A stretch of 64,000 nt of DNA, taken from positions 17,794,001 to 17,858,000 of the forward strand of contig OX597828.1 of assembly GCA_951406725.2 (NCBI GenBank), written 5' to 3'. This document shows positions 15,202 through 28,394 of the stretch, piece after piece (the first letter of the stretch is position 1; each line of letters opens with the position of its first letter). The stretch comes from Octopus vulgaris (Eukaryota). The notes under the pieces are model-generated. The model did not search any database. It was not told the DNA's origin and was given only the letters and a program-made list of their open reading frames with translations. A program made the position numbers and the translations under genes.

Positions 15202-15656
15202 GTTCCATGCTGTAGAATGTGAATATATTTCTTGGTTCGCTTGAATCATTAGATTCTGTGCAGCTCATTGGTGCCAGTTGAACAATTTGATTGTTGCTTT
15301 GCGACTCAAACTACGTGCGTAGATACGAACATTTATCTGCAGAATTAGCGATAGAGGGATGTGTGTACACGTACACGCAAAAACATGCACTCACACATAC
15401 AAAGCCGTGCGCTCACGTAACACAGAAAGTCACAAATGCACACGCACACTTATACACACGCACACACACACACACACACATGCACACACACACACACCAC
15501 AGACTCCCACATACGCGTTTAGAAACACAAAGGCGCACGGACACACTCCCATTAGTATCTTGTATATATATATATATATAAACATACATACATACATACG
15601 AAAGAGAGAGAGAGATGTATGCATATATTGATCAGTATCTTTATCTCTCTCCCTCA

Positions 15657-15708
<52 letters not shown>

Positions 15709-16469
15709 ATGTATAAACATATACATACATTACATACATTCATCTAGCCATGCACTCTCGCAAACGCAGGCATACACAGATACATACACACAGATGCATA
15801 CATACATACATGCATACATACATGCATACATACATAATGCATACATACATACATACATACATACATACATGCATGCATGCATACATGCATACATACATAC
15901 ATACATACATACATGCATGCATGCATGCATACATACATACATACATACATACATACATACATACATACATACATACATACATACATACATACATACATAC
16001 ATGCATGCATACATGCACGCACGATACGTATCTCTGCATATACACATATACAAATGTAGAGTTTCATTTGGAACTCCATTGCATTGCTTTACGAGAGGGG
16101 AAGTGCTTATCTAAAGCTGAAGGCCAGTTTACTATAGTTTTTACATGCTATGTAACGTTAGTTGAGTCATTGTATATAGTATGCAATGATTAGACGCCAT
16201 TTCAATACCAGAATACTAGCATTGCCGTTTTAGGTTCTCGAATAACATCGTAGCATGTTTCTTTACGTCAGAATGGAACAATAGCAGACTATCCAGTACA
16301 GCATTGAAGCATTTACTGTAATAGCTAATTATGCACCATTCATACCCTAAAAACGAATTGTAATCCACGATACTAGGGCTGTAGGAAAATGTCGTTAAAT
16401 AGCATACTTAAAACTCAAGTTACGTACACTTCATAGAATAAATTATCAGAAAAAAATATAAAAATAACT

Positions 16470-16515
<46 letters not shown>

Positions 16516-17363
16516 TAATAACAATAATAATAATGATAATAATAATAATAATAATGATGATAATGATAATGATTATGATAATGGTAATGAAAAGAAGATT
16601 GCATCGAGAATGTTCCTGTGCCAAAACAACAAAAACAAAAGCGAAATAGAAATGGAGAAAAGAATAAAAACTAAAGAATTATTGTACCATTATAAGCAGT
16701 ATCGTGTAAACGAAAACAAGGTATTTAGATAATTAGCGTGTATAACATTTCTGGCTGCAACGCCTATTAATTCTTATCATTTATCTGAAGCTAGTCCCTT
16801 TTCACGTAGGAAAATAAGCGAAAAAAAAAAAAAAAAAGTGAAAAAGAAAAAAAGTGAGCAGAATGTTCTTTATGTTTGGATACGAGGAAGACATTGCGTG
16901 CAAGAAGTGTTACATGTCAGGTTCGACTGAAATTTTGTGCTGCCATATTTCGTTGGATTTTTAAATGATATCTTTTCTTTCATTTTTCTTTTTTAATTAG
17001 AATTTTCTAAGTTTATGTGAGATATACTAATAGGAAAAAAAAATATGAAAAAGACATATTTAAAAAGTGAGAATGAGAAGAACCTCAGTGAAATCTCCCT
17101 CAAATACCATCATAATATCTTGAAAAGTATCCGGTACATACGACCAGATAAAAGAAGGGTCAGGCATGGCTGGAATGTCTTTGATGGTAAGTCGTCTGCT
17201 TGTTTAGTTTGAGCTCGGGTTTAACTCGATGAGTGGCAACAACTTATTCAATAGTTACTTTGATAACTGGGTGTTTGAGTGCCTTGTAATACATGCATAC
17301 ATACACACACACATGTATATATGTATATATGTATATATATATATGTATATATGTATATATGTA

Positions 17364-17448
<85 letters not shown>

Positions 17449-17656
17449 ATGTATGTATATATATGTATATGGGAAAAAGTCAAGATAGAAAGTGCTAGGA
17501 TAATTTTATAAAGAACATTTCAGTACCGGTTTCAGTCATCGGTTCTTTTTCAACTGTAACAATTAAATAATTAAATTTAGAAAAATTAGAAGAAAAGTTT
17601 TTTTTAAAGAATATTTGTATAGCGTTCAAATACAAGTGGCATTTTCCTCGTTTCTG

Positions 17657-17744
<88 letters not shown>

Positions 17745-17757
17745 ATGTCTATCTATA

Positions 17758-17820
<63 letters not shown>

Positions 17821-17829
17821 ATTACTGTT

Positions 17830-18091
17830 ATGTGTTTTCTTTTTGCGTGACACTGTTGCCCAAGGTTCTCGTGGTCTTTTCCGTAGGTTTTTCTATCCAC
17901 GGACAAACCTAATCTGTTTTCCCTTTTTACATAGACATTTCTGTGATACACAATCCCTGTTGATCGTCCCCACTTTTTTACGATCCCTTTCGATCGCAAT
18001 TCGCCCCCCTTTTTTCCTTCACTTCTTTCCCAAAAGAAAAGCTCTACATTTTATTTTGTCCCTCCTGTGTTCAGCCCTGCATGGCCAATAA
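17830..18091 (+). mobile_element. 3' UTR fragment of a Tx1/L1-type LINE inserted in a (TATC)n array
   Basis: ggtcttttccgtaggtttttct matches the 3' UTR of the LINE near 28440-28510 (minus); ends gttcagccctgcatggccaataaa. Confidence 0.7.
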
Positions 18092-18098
18092 ATCTATA

Positions 18099-18160
<62 letters not shown>

Positions 18161-18187
18161 GATATATATATATATATATATATATAT

Positions 18188-18224
<37 letters not shown>

Positions 18225-18287
18225 TATAAATAAATATATATATATATATATGTACAGTAATTCATATACATATGCATACGAACTACA

Positions 18288-18658
18288 GGCACATGAGTGA
18301 CTGCTTACCAACCACATAATTCTGAGTTCGATCTCACCATGTGGTACATCCGGCGAGTACTTTCCAAGTGGATTTGGTTGACAAAATCTTCAAGTAGCCC
18401 ATCGTGTATATGCATCTATATCTATGTCTATATATATACATATATGTGCCTGTGTGTGCGTGATAGTGTGTGTGTGTGTATTTGACAACCGGTGTTGCTG
18501 TGTTTATGTCCCGGTAACTAAGAAGTTCGGCAAACGGATCGATAAAATAAGTACCAGGCTTCAAATGTAAGTAGTGAGGTCGATTCATTCGGCTAAGATG
18601 ACTAAGAATTCTATAAGGTGGCTCCCCAACATGATGGCACTCTAATGACAGAGACAAG
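18288..18658 (+). mobile_element. SINE family A, older degraded copy
   Basis: Homology to family A blocks (gtggatttgg, ttgacaaccgg, gttcggcaaa). Confidence 0.7.
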
Positions 18659-18675
18659 TCATGTGTGTGTGTGTA

Positions 18676-18713
<38 letters not shown>

Positions 18714-18941
18714 TGTGTGTGTGTGTGTGTGTGTCTGTCTGTCTGTCTGTGTATCTGTGTGTGTATTATATGCTAGGGTGAAAAGAAACTGGTGTAGCAT
18801 TTTGACATGATCACTTTGAGGCTAGTCTTTCAGTGTTGATAGTTACAATAGCAGTATAATCTGCTTCAGTTATGAAATTATATCCATCATGAATTTGTTA
18901 TAATTAATGATCTCCAGCTCAACTTTCATTGAAAATAACAC

Positions 18942-19140
18942 CTCTTTTATTCTTTTATTTGTTTCAGTCATTTGACTGCGGCTATGCTGGGGGCCCCGCC
19001 TTTAGTGGAACAAATCGACACCAGGACTAATTTTTTGTATTTCTCCTACCGGTCTGTTAGGCGAACCGCTAAGTTACTTGGAGGTAACATCGGTTGTCAA
19101 GCGATGATGGTGGGGACAAACACTGACACAAAGGCATATA
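18942..19140 (-). mobile_element. SINE family A 3' half
   Basis: ttgtttcagtcatttgactgcggc...ccgcctttagt block. Confidence 0.8.
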
Positions 19141-19158
19141 CATATTCATATATATATA

Positions 19159-19388
19159 CGGCGAGCTGGCAGACACGTTAGCGTGCCGGGCGAAATGCTT
19201 AGCGGTATTTCGTCTGTCGTTACGTTTTGAGTTCAAATTCCGCCGAGGTCGACTTTGCCTTTCATCCTTTCGGGGGCGATAAATAAAGTACCAGTTTCGC
19301 ACTGGGGTCGATGTAATCGACTTAATCCCTTTGTCTGTCCTTGTTTGTCCCCTCTATGTTTAGCCCCTTGTGGGCAATAAAGAAATAT
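19159..19388 (+). mobile_element. SINE family B, full-length copy with Tx1-like tail
   Basis: Complete head, Deu/Nin-like domain and tail gtttagccccttgtgggcaataaagaaata. Confidence 0.92.
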
Positions 19389-19410
19389 ATATGCGTGTGT
19401 GTGTGTGTGT

Positions 19411-19660
19411 GTTTGTTTGTTCCTTCTCGAGCCATGCCTGGCCCATAAAGGGCGGTCTCCCGGTTTCCCTGGCTTACAGGTCCATCGCAGGTGAGCTGCG
19501 AGATGCAGGAGGTAAGAGTGAAAGAAAGTTGTGCCGAAAGAGTCAGCAGAAGTTCGCCATTACCTTCTGCCGGAACCGCGTGGAGCTTAGGTGTTTCACT
19601 CATAAACACGCACATAGCCCGGTCTGAGATTCGAACCCATGAGTCCTCGACCGCGAGTCC
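19411..19660 (-). mobile_element. SINE family C, 5'-clipped
   Basis: Homologous to 47159-47430 (ggttcgaatctcagac, cacctgcgatggacc). Confidence 0.85.
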
Positions 19661-19673
19661 ACACACACACACA

Positions 19674-19706
<33 letters not shown>

Positions 19707-19805
19707 CTTCTGCCAGTACAGTTTATATATATATATATACGACGAGCTTCTTTCATTTTTCGTCTACCAAATCTGCTCACAAGACAATTGCCCAAGATGC
19801 CACGT

Positions 19806-19909
19806 AAAAATATACAACGCTTCCCGAATTTGCGTGCCATCCTTGTGCAGGGGCCATGCTAATCTGTGTATTGTTCGAATTTTAGAATATGTACCGCCGT
19901 AGCTAGTAC
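19806..19909 (-). pseudogene. U6: U6 snRNA-derived copy (degenerate, probable pseudogene)
   Basis: Minus strand GTACTAGCTACGGCGGTACATATTCTAAAATTCGAACAATACACAGATTAGCATGGCCCCTGCACAAGGATGGCACGCAAATTCGGGAAGCGTTGTATATTTTT aligns over the full length of U6; ACAGAGA box region altered and 3 nt shorter; no clear TATA at -30. Confidence 0.92.
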
Positions 19910-20181
19910 CGCTGTTTAAAGTTATGTTCAAATCCATGGCACTTTTATTTTGTTTCATTATTTTTTTTTTTTATGATACGTTATACCATCAAATGTATCT
20001 TTGGTACCCTGAAGAAGATATGTGACTTAAGGGAGATTTGGATGCTATAGTTCTCAAGGTATTGCAAGTGTACAAAAAGTATAAATTTCTTCCCAACCAC
20101 ATGGTTCCGATTTCAGCATGACCACAATCAAATCACTGAAATAAGTAAAAGAGTAAAAGAGTATAAAGAGTAAAGAGAGTA

Positions 20182-20253
20182 TCTCATGTGGTCTAGTGGT
20201 TAGGATTCAAGGATTTCATTCAGGCGGCCCGGTTTCAATTCTCGGCATGGGAA
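20182..20253 (+). pseudogene. tRNA-Glu(TTC) pseudogene
   Basis: TCTCATGTGGTCTAGTGGTTAGGATTC...TTC...CAGGCGGCCCGGTTTCAATTCTCGGCATGGGAA matches eukaryotic tRNA-Glu; anticodon stem mispaired (CAAGG/TCAGG), B box mutated. Confidence 0.85.
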
Positions 20254-20526
20254 TGACGTCATTGTTTTCCACGAGTAAAAGAGTAGGAAGCTGTAATGTC
20301 CCTTACCATTCCAAGTTCTTCCAGACTGGTGACATGGATATATTTGATATTTAGTTATCAATATATGTAAGAAGAAAATGAAAGCGGTGATGTATGTAAT
20401 TCTAGATTCGAAGGAGCTGGAGGAGAAGTAACAGGACTTGTTTAATGCTCAGGTTCATAAGAACATATAGTAAGCCTTAACTTTTAATGTAATGTTTACA
20501 ATATATTGATATTAAAGCACGTTGCA

Positions 20527-20945
20527 TGGCGGAGAGCTGGGAAAATCGTTTATGCTCCGAGAAAAAAATTTAGCGGCATTTTGTACGATTTTACGTTCTG
20601 AGATCAAATTTTGCGAGCTCGACTTTTCGAGGTCGACAAGCAATGCGGTCGATGTAATCGGCTTAACCCCTCCTCCGAAATTTCTGGTTTTGTGCCAATA
20701 TACGAAACCGATATTAAGGGTCGTCGTATGGTTTAGAGCTGGAAAATTCGTTAGCGAGCCGAGAAAATGCTTAGCGGCATAGCGCCCGTCTGTACGTTGT
20801 AAGTTCAAATTGCGCCGAGGTTGACTTTACTCCTCAACCTTTTGGGGTCGATGAATATAAATTCCAATCAAGTGCTGGGATTGATGTAATTGACAAACCC
20901 CCTACTCACAAATCTCAAGACTTGTGCCTATACTAGAAACGATAT
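20527..20945 (+). mobile_element. Two tandem degraded SINE family B copies
   Basis: Repeated gagctgg-aaaatcgtt head and ggtcgatgtaatcg block. Confidence 0.75.
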
Positions 20946-21111
20946 TAAGGTTGTTTGGCATCATGCATTTGAGTCAAATAGACAGCGAGGTGTCACAGTG
21001 TGGGAAACGCAACTTATTTTCGCATGAATGAGCTGGTGCAACGTAAGACGAATTGCCTTGGCTATGGACACAAAGCACCGCCCAATCAGAAAGCCGGACT
21101 TACAGACACGA

Positions 21112-21173
<62 letters not shown>

Positions 21174-21224
21174 CAGGCACACTAACAGACAGACAAGCAG
21201 ATTGACAGATAAAGAGATAGTAAG

Positions 21225-21226
21225 AC

Positions 21227-21297
<71 letters not shown>

Positions 21298-21404
21298 CAT
21301 ACAGATAGATAGATATATAGATAGATAGACAGACAGATAGATAGATATATAGATATATAGACAGATAGATAGATAGATATGTAGATAGACAGATAGATAG
21401 ATAT

Positions 21405-21435
<31 letters not shown>

Positions 21436-21484
21436 TATAGACAGACAGACAGACAGACATACAGACATATATATATATATATAT

Positions 21485-21567
<83 letters not shown>
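21225..21567. repeat. (GATA)n/(GACA)n tetranucleotide array
   Basis: Directly visible. Confidence 0.95.
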
Positions 21568-21689
21568 TGACACACACATACAGATACATGCATACATACA
21601 CATACATATATACTTAGAAATATAGATGCATTGATAGTTAAATAGATGGATAAGTATTTAGATGAATGGACGGATAAATAGCTAGCTAA

Positions 21690-22026
21690 CCTACATGGTT
21701 CCAGGTTCAGTCCCACTGCGTGGCATCTTGGGCAAGTGTCTTCTGCTATAGCCCCGGGCCGACCAATGCCTTGTGAGTGGATTTGGTAGACGGTAACTGA
21801 AAGAAGCCTGTCGTATATATGTCTATATATATGTATATGTATATGTTTGTGTGTCTGTATTTGTCCCCCTAGCATTGCTTGACAACCGATGGTAGTGTGT
21901 TTACGTCCCCGTCACTTAGCGGTTCGGCAAAACAGACCGACAGAATAAGTACTGGGCTTACAAAGAATAAGTCCCGGGGTCGATTTGCTCGACTAAAGGC
22001 GGTGCTCCAGCATGGCCGCAGTCAAA
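21690..22026 (+). mobile_element. SINE family A
   Basis: Conserved family A body from B box to ggccgcagtcaaat. Confidence 0.9.
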
Positions 22027-22042
22027 TATTGTTGATATAGAA

Positions 22043-22730
22043 GGCGGTGGGCTGGCAGAAACGTTAGCACGCCGGGCGAAATGCTTAGCGCTATATCATC
22101 TGTCTTTACGTTCTGAGTTCATATGCCGTCGAGGCCGACTTTGCCTTTCATCATTTCGGGGTCGATAAATTAAGTACCAGTTGCGTACTGGAGTCAATCT
22201 AACCGACTGGTCCCTGCCCCAAACATTTCGGTCTGTGTGCCCAGAGTAGAAAAGGATATAGAAGGCGGCGAGCTGGCAGAAACGTTAGCACGCCGGGCGA
22301 AATGTTTAGCAGTATTTCGTCTGCCGCTACGTTCTGAGTTCAAATTCCGCCGAGGTCGACTTTGCCTTTCATCCTTTCAGCGTCGATAAATTAAGTACCA
22401 GTTGTGTATTGCAATCGATTAAATAAATACCAGTTACACATTGAGGTCGATATAATCGACTTAATCCGTTTGTCTCTCCTTGTTTGTCCCCTCTGTGAGT
22501 AGCCCCCCCTTGTGGGCAGTAAAGAAATACGAAACGTTATTACGCCGGGCAAAATGATTTGTGGTATTTCGTCTGTCTTTGTGTTCTGAGCTCAACTTCC
22601 ACCGTGGTCGACTTTGTCTTTCATCCTTTCGGAATCGATAAATTGAGTACCATTTCGTATTGCAGTCCATCTAATCGACTGGCCCCTTGCCCAAAAGTTT
22701 CGAGCCTTGTGCCTAGGGTAGAAAAGTATA
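22043..22730 (+). mobile_element. Head-to-tail cluster of three SINE family B units
   Basis: Heads near 22043 and 22264, and an older copy resuming at 22531. Confidence 0.9.
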
Positions 22731-23373
22731 TTGTCGATATAGTATTTGACTAATAAAGCTAAATTAAGCACTTTGCTTTAACTAAACCAGCGACAGTGGA
22801 AGATGATTTAATATTTGCTCAATGAGGCTAGATTAAAAGCAGTCGTAAGATTAATCCTTTATCAATGGAAGGAATAAACGTGTTTCTGTCGGAAGAGTAA
22901 TATTGGAATAAGCAGTATTTTGAAAGGTATAATCCAAAATAATGTATTATGCTGCAGTTTATTTGCTTCAACATGGGAACACTAATATTACAAGGTAAGC
23001 ACGAATCTCTATTATTCTAATAAGAAAATTCAGCAATATATCAAAGCTACAAGCGCAGGATTATATAGAAACACACACACACACATACGCACACATAAAC
23101 ACAGTCATATATGCACAGGCACACACACACAATACACACACATTACATATCTATCTATTTATTTATCTATCTACATATCTACCTCTCTATCTATCTATCC
23201 ATCCATCTATCTATCTACCTCTATCTATTTACCTATCTGTCTATTTACCTATCTATCTAGCTGTCTGTCTATATGTGTGTGTATGTATGTGCATATATAT
23301 ATATGTGTGGAGAGAGAGAGAGGGAGAGAGAGAGAGCGCGCGAGAGATTGATACATAGATATAGATAGATAGG

Positions 23374-23413
<40 letters not shown>

Positions 23414-23414
23414 C

Positions 23415-23457
<43 letters not shown>

Positions 23458-23458
23458 C

Positions 23459-23527
<69 letters not shown>

Positions 23528-23790
23528 TTATATGTAAATAAAGTAAATAAATCTATATATCAAGACATAAACACACAGGAAAATATATACACACGCACAT
23601 ATATATGTGCGTGCGCATGGGTGTATGCATGTGTAGAAATATTTATGTTTATGATTTTTGTTTTTATGCACATAAATATATTTATACGTGAATGCATATA
23701 TCTATATGACGGATATTATTATGGGTATACACACAGACACACGCATACAGACAAACACATACATGTGTGAATGTACCTATCTATCTATCT

Positions 23791-23855
<65 letters not shown>

Positions 23856-24163
23856 AGTGCAGACGTAACTAAATGCATTTATAAAATGAAATACTACGAA
23901 GCGTGGGATAAATGATATACAGGCAATCTTTAAAGGCGAAACATCTGACTCTTACCAATACTTTGTATAATGGCTCAGCGCGTTTAACGTAACTGACCCT
24001 AGGGTATCTAGAATGGAAATTGTATATCAAAAGTAAGATGTTTGATGAAATATTCAACCACTGAACTGAACTTTTCCTTGACGAGAGTTAACAGTCAACA
24101 GTAACCGTCAGATCAGAAAACCAGATGCGTTTACTTTTAACATTTTAACATTTTCTAAAGATG

Positions 24164-24236
<73 letters not shown>

Positions 24237-24467
24237 TAGGCATACATAGTAACGGCTTTGCTTTTGTGTATGCTCACACTAATGCATAAAGACATACGTA
24301 TATATACATGTATATATATATATATATATGTGTGTATGTATGTGTGTGAGTGTGTGTGTATACACATATACATATATATAAGTATATATATATACACTAA
24401 AATATAGATATACATGGCATATATGTATGTATATATGTATATATATATATATATGTATATATGCATG

Positions 24468-24520
<53 letters not shown>

Positions 24521-24941
24521 TGTATATTTATATATGTATGTATATATAAATATTATATGCTAATACATTTATAATCCTGTATATATATTTATGGCTATAT
24601 ACAAATATGCATAGATTGACAGATAGAAAGAGAGACAGACAAACACACAGATAGAAAACACAGACACACATACATACATGCATACATACATACATTTATA
24701 CATACATAAATACATAAATACACACATACAAACACAAACAACAGATAGACAGGTAAACAGACAGGATCACAGACAGACAAATAGATAGATAACGTTTTAT
24801 TGTGGCCACACAGGGCTAAACACAGAATAAAAATGGACGAAATACAATGTAGAGTGTTTTTCTTTTCGAGGTGGGATGGGTGGGACATACAAAGAAAAAG
24901 GTTCGATCAATAGGGATCTGAGGGTTGTGTGGTGTATAAAA

Positions 24942-24976
<35 letters not shown>

Positions 24977-25058
24977 GTCCCGGGTTGATTCGGGGTTAAC
25001 CACAGTAAGTAAGGTACTCAATACATAGCAGAGTAAAATTAATTTATTATATAGAAGG

Positions 25059-25109
25059 AGCTTCTACAGGACTAGTACTGTTTCATTCAAGAGAAATCTT
25101 CAGGAAGCT
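25059..25109 (-). ncRNA. Minimal type I hammerhead ribozyme motif
   Basis: AGCTTC-CTGAAGA-TTTC TCTT GAAT-GAAA-CAG TACTAGTC CTG-TA-GAAGCT: stem I 6 bp, conserved core, weak stem II, stem III with palindromic loop, GUA cleavage triplet. Confidence 0.75.
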
Positions 25110-25537
25110 ATTTAACAAGAATTGTATTAGCATTTATACATTTAGGCAGGTTTAAAGGAGTGGTGGTGGGGGACTTTTTGGGGGTAGGCATAGCGCAAAA
25201 TATCATACTCGGGGGAGTGGTCAAGGAGTCAGTGGTAAGTTAGATGAAAGAATAGATAAATAAAATAGATAAATAAAAAAAATAAAAAAATAAAAAATAA
25301 AAAATAAAAAATAAAAAAATAAAATAAAATAAAAAAATAAAAAAATAAAAAAATAAAAAATATAAAAAATATATATAAAAAATATATATATAAAATATAT
25401 ATATATAAAAAAAATTATAAAAAAATATATATATAAAAAGGGGGGATAGAGTTATAGGTAAATAAGGAGATTCTCACTTATACCTATACACACATGTATA
25501 CGTATCTACACACACATACATACATACACATATATAT

Positions 25538-25586
<49 letters not shown>

Positions 25587-25708
25587 CCTACACATACACA
25601 CATACATACATACAAATATACATATACATATATATATATATATACAATCCAATACAGGCCCATTCCCTAATTTTAATTTTATTATCTTCATTTATGTGCA
25701 TATATTTG

Positions 25709-25753
<45 letters not shown>

Positions 25754-26089
25754 GCTTGTATATGTGTGTGTGTGTGTATATGTGTATATGTGTTTGTATG
25801 TATATGTGTATATATGTATATGCATATGTATGTGTAAATGTATGTGCTTATGTATGTGTATGTATGTATAAAATATTATATAATTAGGGCTTAGGAAAAT
25901 AAAATAAATTACTTTGCCACATACTAAACTTTCTAGAAATAGCAGCCAATAAAGTTTTTTAGCCTCTTCCACTACTTAGAGAATTTTTTTCCCTCTAACA
26001 TTGTTTACTCAAAATAATAATGGTCCCTTTACATACTGAACACTTGATGAAATTGATTAATAACTAATTAACTTTACCCTCCCTTGTTG

Positions 26090-26759
26090 ATATATATATA
26101 CATATGTATATGTGTACATGTATGTATATATATATATGTATATATGTGTGTGTGTGTATGTGTGTATGTATGTATTTGTATATGTGTGTGTGTATATGTA
26201 TGTGTGCGTGTGTGTGTGTATGTATGTGTATGTATACTTGTATATGTATATGCATGAATGTATATATATGTGTGTGTATATGTGTATTATGTATGTATTT
26301 ATATAGATATGTAGTTTATATATATATATGTATGTATATGCATCTGTCTGTGTGTGTGTATGTGTATATATGTGTATCATTTTTGCGTATGTATACATGT
26401 ATATGTGTACATGTATGTGTGTGTGTGTGTGTATATATGTATATATATATATATGTGTGTATATATATGTATATATATATATGTATATATGCATACGTAT
26501 GTGTATGTACATGTATATATGTATGTGTGTATATGTATATATGTTTATATATGTGAGTATGTAGTGATATAAGTATATGCATGTGTATGTATGGGTATGT
26601 GTATCAGTGTATATGTATATATGTATGTGTGTGTGTATGTATATGTATGTATATGTGTATATATGTATGTGTATATGTGTATATATATATATATGTGTGT
26701 ATATGTGTGTATGTATGTGTATGTGTATGTATGTGTATATATGTCTATATATGTATATA

Positions 26760-26811
<52 letters not shown>

Positions 26812-27088
26812 TGCGTGTGTGTATGTATGCATATGTGTATGTATGCATGTATATGTGTATGTATATATATGTGTGTAAGTGGGTGCATATATGTATTTGT
26901 AAGTATGTGTGCGCGTATGAGTATGTATGTATGTTTGCACACGTGTATATATATGTGTGTGTGTGTATATATATGGATGCGCGTGCGTGTGTGCACGTGT
27001 ATGGGTACGCATGTATATGTGTATGTGCGTGTATGCGTATACGTGTATGTATGTATGTGTGTGCGTAGATTTGTATATGTATGTGTGA

Positions 27089-27129
<41 letters not shown>

Positions 27130-27311
27130 TATAGATGGGTGTGTGTATGCGTATAAATGCATGTAAGTATGGATGTATGGATGTATGTATGTATGTATAC
27201 GTATGTATGTGTGTATGTGTGTATGTATATATATATGTGTGTATATATGTTTGTGTATGTATATATATATGTGTATGTATGTGTGTGTATATGTATGTGT
27301 GTATGTGTATG

Positions 27312-27371
<60 letters not shown>

Positions 27372-27480
27372 TATGTATCTGTATGTAGGAGTATATATAT
27401 GTGTGTGTGTGTATGTATATGCGGGTATATATATATATATATATATTTATATATGTATATTTATTGGTGTATATGTATAG
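26090..27480. repeat. Long degenerate (TG/TA) microsatellite
   Basis: Directly visible; forms most of the spacer of the fold-back element. Confidence 0.95.
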
Positions 27481-27842
27481 ACTAGCCTCCTAAAGTGTAG
27501 ACACGAATCTGTAGGTACGAGTACGTATGTGTATATACGTGAACGTATGTAGATGTTTGTATGTATGAATATAACGCGTGCGTACGTGTATGTGTATGAG
27601 TGTACGAATGGGTGAATGTACGTGCTAATGAGTGTGCGTGCGGGAATGAGTACTTGCCTTCTAGTAGACAGACAAATGGACAGGCAGCCATTGCCAGGAT
27701 TCTTAGCCCTAGCGATCAAAGATAACAAAAGTAATAAATGAAGATAATAAAATTAAAATTAGGGAATGGGCCTGTATTGGATTGTATATATATATATATA
27801 TGTATATGTATATTTGTATGTATGTATGTGTGTATGTGTAGG

Positions 27843-27887
<45 letters not shown>

Positions 27888-28335
27888 GTGTGTGTATATA
27901 TATGTGTATGTATGTATGTGTGTGTAGATACGTATACATGTGTGTATAGGTATAAGTGAGAATCTCCTTATTTACCTATAACTCTATCCCCCCTTTTTAT
28001 ATATATATTTTTTTATATTTTTTTTATATATATATATATTTTATATATATATTTTTTATATATATTTTTTATATTTTTTATTTTTTTTATTTTTTTATTT
28101 TTTTATTTTATTTTATTTTATTTTATTTTTTTATTTTTTATTTTTTATTTTTTATTTTTTTATTTTTTTTATTTATCTATTTTATTTATCTATTCTTTCA
28201 TCTAACTTACCACTGACTCCTTGACCACTCCCCCGAGTATGATATTTTGCGCTATGCCTACCCCCAAAAAGTCCCCCACCACCACTCCTTTAAACCTGCC
28301 TAAATGTATAAATGCTAATACAATTCTTGTTAAAT

Positions 28336-28386
28336 AGCTTCCTGAAGATTTCTCTTGAATGAAACAGTACTAGTCCTGTAGAAGCT
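28336..28386 (+). ncRNA. Minimal type I hammerhead ribozyme motif
   Basis: Same sequence as 25059-25109 on the opposite strand. Confidence 0.75.
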
Positions 28387-28394
28387 CCTTCTAT

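Noticed and set aside
19806-19909. Functional U6 gene
   Set aside because: ACAGAGA box damaged, no clear TATA upstream, fused to SINE sequence
20182-20253. Functional tRNA-Glu gene
   Set aside because: Anticodon stem cannot pair and the T-loop/B box is mutated
22043-22730. CRISPR-like or tRNA array
   Set aside because: Units are ~220-270-bp SINE copies; eukaryotic context, no repeat-spacer structure
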